The notes beneath the pieces are model-generated. The model was given only the letters and a program-made list of their open reading frames with translations. It searched no databases and was not told where the DNA came from. From Octopus bimaculoides (Eukaryota): a stretch of DNA of 64,000 nucleotides. Shown in pieces: positions 62,150-64,000 of the stretch (position 1 is its first letter; every line of letters begins with the position of its first letter). A program made the position numbers and the translations under genes. The stretch lies in assembly GCF_001194135.2 (NCBI RefSeq), contig NC_068983.1, forward strand, positions 28,544,729 through 28,608,728. Direction: 5' to 3'.

Positions 62150-62995
62150 TACAGTCATAGCTGCGCTGTTAAGAAGCCTGTCTTACAACCATAAAGTTTT
62201 GGAATTTAGTCCCACTGTGTAACACTTCAGGCAAGTGTCTTATTCTATGGTCCTAGACAACTAATGTCTTATGAGTGAATTCAGTCAACAGAAACTGTGT
62301 GGCAGCTTATTGTATGTGGTATGTGTGTGTGTGTGTGTATGTATGTGAAAATATTCTGATTATATGTCTGTGCACACATTTGAATGTGGTGCATGCCAGA
62401 GGGCTTGCAAATCCAATGGGGGTCTGAAAAGACATGTTAGGATCCACAATGAGCAGAACTTACCTGCAGGTATTGGTAGTGCAAATCAGAGGTGCAATCT
62501 GTGTGGGTGTTTTTTCAAAACATTGTCTGGTTTAAAAAGCCACATCAGACGCCATGAAAGGGCTAAAATGTAGGTGCANNNNNNNNNNCAGAGGTGCAAT
62601 CTGTGTGGGTGTTTTTTCAAAACATTGTCTGGTTTAAAAAGCCACATCAGACGCCATGAAAGGGCTAAAATGTAGGTGCAGGAGGTGGTCAAACTCTGTG
62701 TAAGGAGTAGACAACCACCATGTATGTATGTATGTATGTATGTATCTATGTGTGAGTCTATATATATATATATATATGGATGTGCATGCGTTTTTGTGAT
62801 TGTTTCCTCCCTACTCACTTGACAATTGGTGTTGGTTTGTTTATGTCACTGTAACTTACCAGTTTGGCCAAAGTGGCCCTTTGAATAAGTACCAGGTTTA
62901 AAAAATAAATACTAAGATCATTTTGTTCATCTAAACCCTTCGAGACAGTGCTCCAGCTTGGCCACAATCCAATGACTGAAACAAGTAAAAGTTAA
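62150..62995 (+). mobile_element. Old SINE family B split by a LINE 3' fragment in its internal microsatellite
   Basis: Head at 62150-62320 (tagtcccactgtg..ggcaagtgtctt); tail at 62790-62995 (gtaacttacc..aatgactgaaacaagtaaaag). Confidence 0.75.
62347..62745 (+). mobile_element. 5'-truncated LINE 3' end encoding two C2H2 zinc fingers, short 3' UTR and (TATG)n tail
   Basis: ORF 62364-62573: FECGACQRACKSNGGLKRHVRIH and CNLCGCFFKTLSGLKSHIRRH; followed by gtcaaactctgtgtaaggagtagacaaccacca(TGTA)n. No splice acceptor upstream. Confidence 0.7.
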
Positions 62996-63889
62996 TTGAT
63001 TAAAAAATTTACTAACTTTTCTTGACATTCCTTTTAATCTTATAGTCAGGAGGGAAGGCATTATCCATACACTTTTACAGAGTTTCTTAGACTGGAAATG
63101 AGAAGGGTGGAAGATATTCTCAAATCTGAGACTTGGGCCAAAATACTTACAGGAGAGAGAACTCTGTTAAAGACACCAAAGATGCCAGAAGGCAATGTTA
63201 ATTTGGGTGACAGATTACGTCTGCCACACAAGTAGGCCACAGTGGAATTTGGACTCAGACTGCATAGGACTGAAACATATACCACAAGGTATCTGATTTG
63301 ATGTTCTTAACAGTCTTACCAATCCACCATGCTGGATTGATATATTTAAGGAGATAAGAATGACTGGCAAAAACAGATCACAAAAGGATTTGAATTCAGA
63401 GTACAGAAAGTCAGAAAAATATCACCAGGTATTCAATCTACCATTTTAGTAATGTTTATGGCCCACAATGTATGTGCCAATGTATTCTTCATTATAAGAA
63501 CTCTGAAATAATGATTCCCACTGCTGAATTCAGGAAGCCTTACAGCTCTCCCTATTCATAACAGAATCTTGTGTACAATGTATATGAATGATAGAACTAG
63601 GAAGTAGTTTGTGTCAGTATACACAACAGTTTGTCCTAAAAATCAATGATAGCTCATAACTATTATTGTGAAGTATTTATTCTAACTAATTCTGAATACA
63701 GGTTTCCAGAATTCTCTCATTATAGTCAAATCTCCAGCATGACCCTGAAGCAAACAATTTACATCTGAAGTAAATGAAACTTAAGATGTACAAAAATTGT
63801 AATTGAAACTTATGATGCTTTAATTTGACTTATATTTATAAAGAGCTATTAACAATATATATGCGTGTATACACACACACACACACTTT

Positions 63890-63920
<31 letters not shown>

Positions 63921-64000
63921 CTGTATGCAAACACACACATATAAATTTATATATGTATATATATATATATATATAGGTATAGATATATATATGCATATAT

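Noticed and set aside
62589-62660. Apparent third zinc finger (exact duplication)
   Set aside because: An identical repeat straddling a 10-N gap; typical scaffold overlap artefact.
401-63285. Most ORFs in the supplied track (YIYI, THTH, CVCV, NNNN, XXXX types)
   Set aside because: They are translations of microsatellites, SINEs or N gaps, not genes.

Overview
AT-rich, gap-ridden eukaryotic (animal) genomic DNA. The repeat families match my recollection of octopus (cephalopod) SINEs, so an Octopus short-read assembly is inferred; no search was run. No long ORF, rRNA, true tRNA gene or CRISPR array is present, and nearly all ORFs in the supplied track are microsatellite, SINE or gap artefacts. 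The window looks like intronic or intergenic sequence packed with at least five SINE families (my labels A-E), a decayed Ty3/Gypsy provirus (about 20.9-25.5 kb), two R4/Dong-like non-LTR 3' fragments in (AAT)n tracts, HERO-like and RTE-like LINE 3' ends, a LINE tail encoding two C2H2 fingers, piggyBac-type and mariner-type MITEs, and Penelope-like elements. Several short minus-strand segments have good splice signals and can be joined in frame, suggesting an unidentified multi-exon host gene (low to moderate confidence). The most notable observations are: (i) a roughly 290-bp fold-back element whose two arms each carry a minimal hammerhead-ribozyme-like motif; (ii) a 144-bp target-site duplication around a SINE whose sister copies have 11-12-bp TSDs; (iii) a consensus recursive-splice-like site, (Y)nCAG|GTAAGT, with a downstream alternative donor; (iv) a 52-bp near-perfect hairpin.
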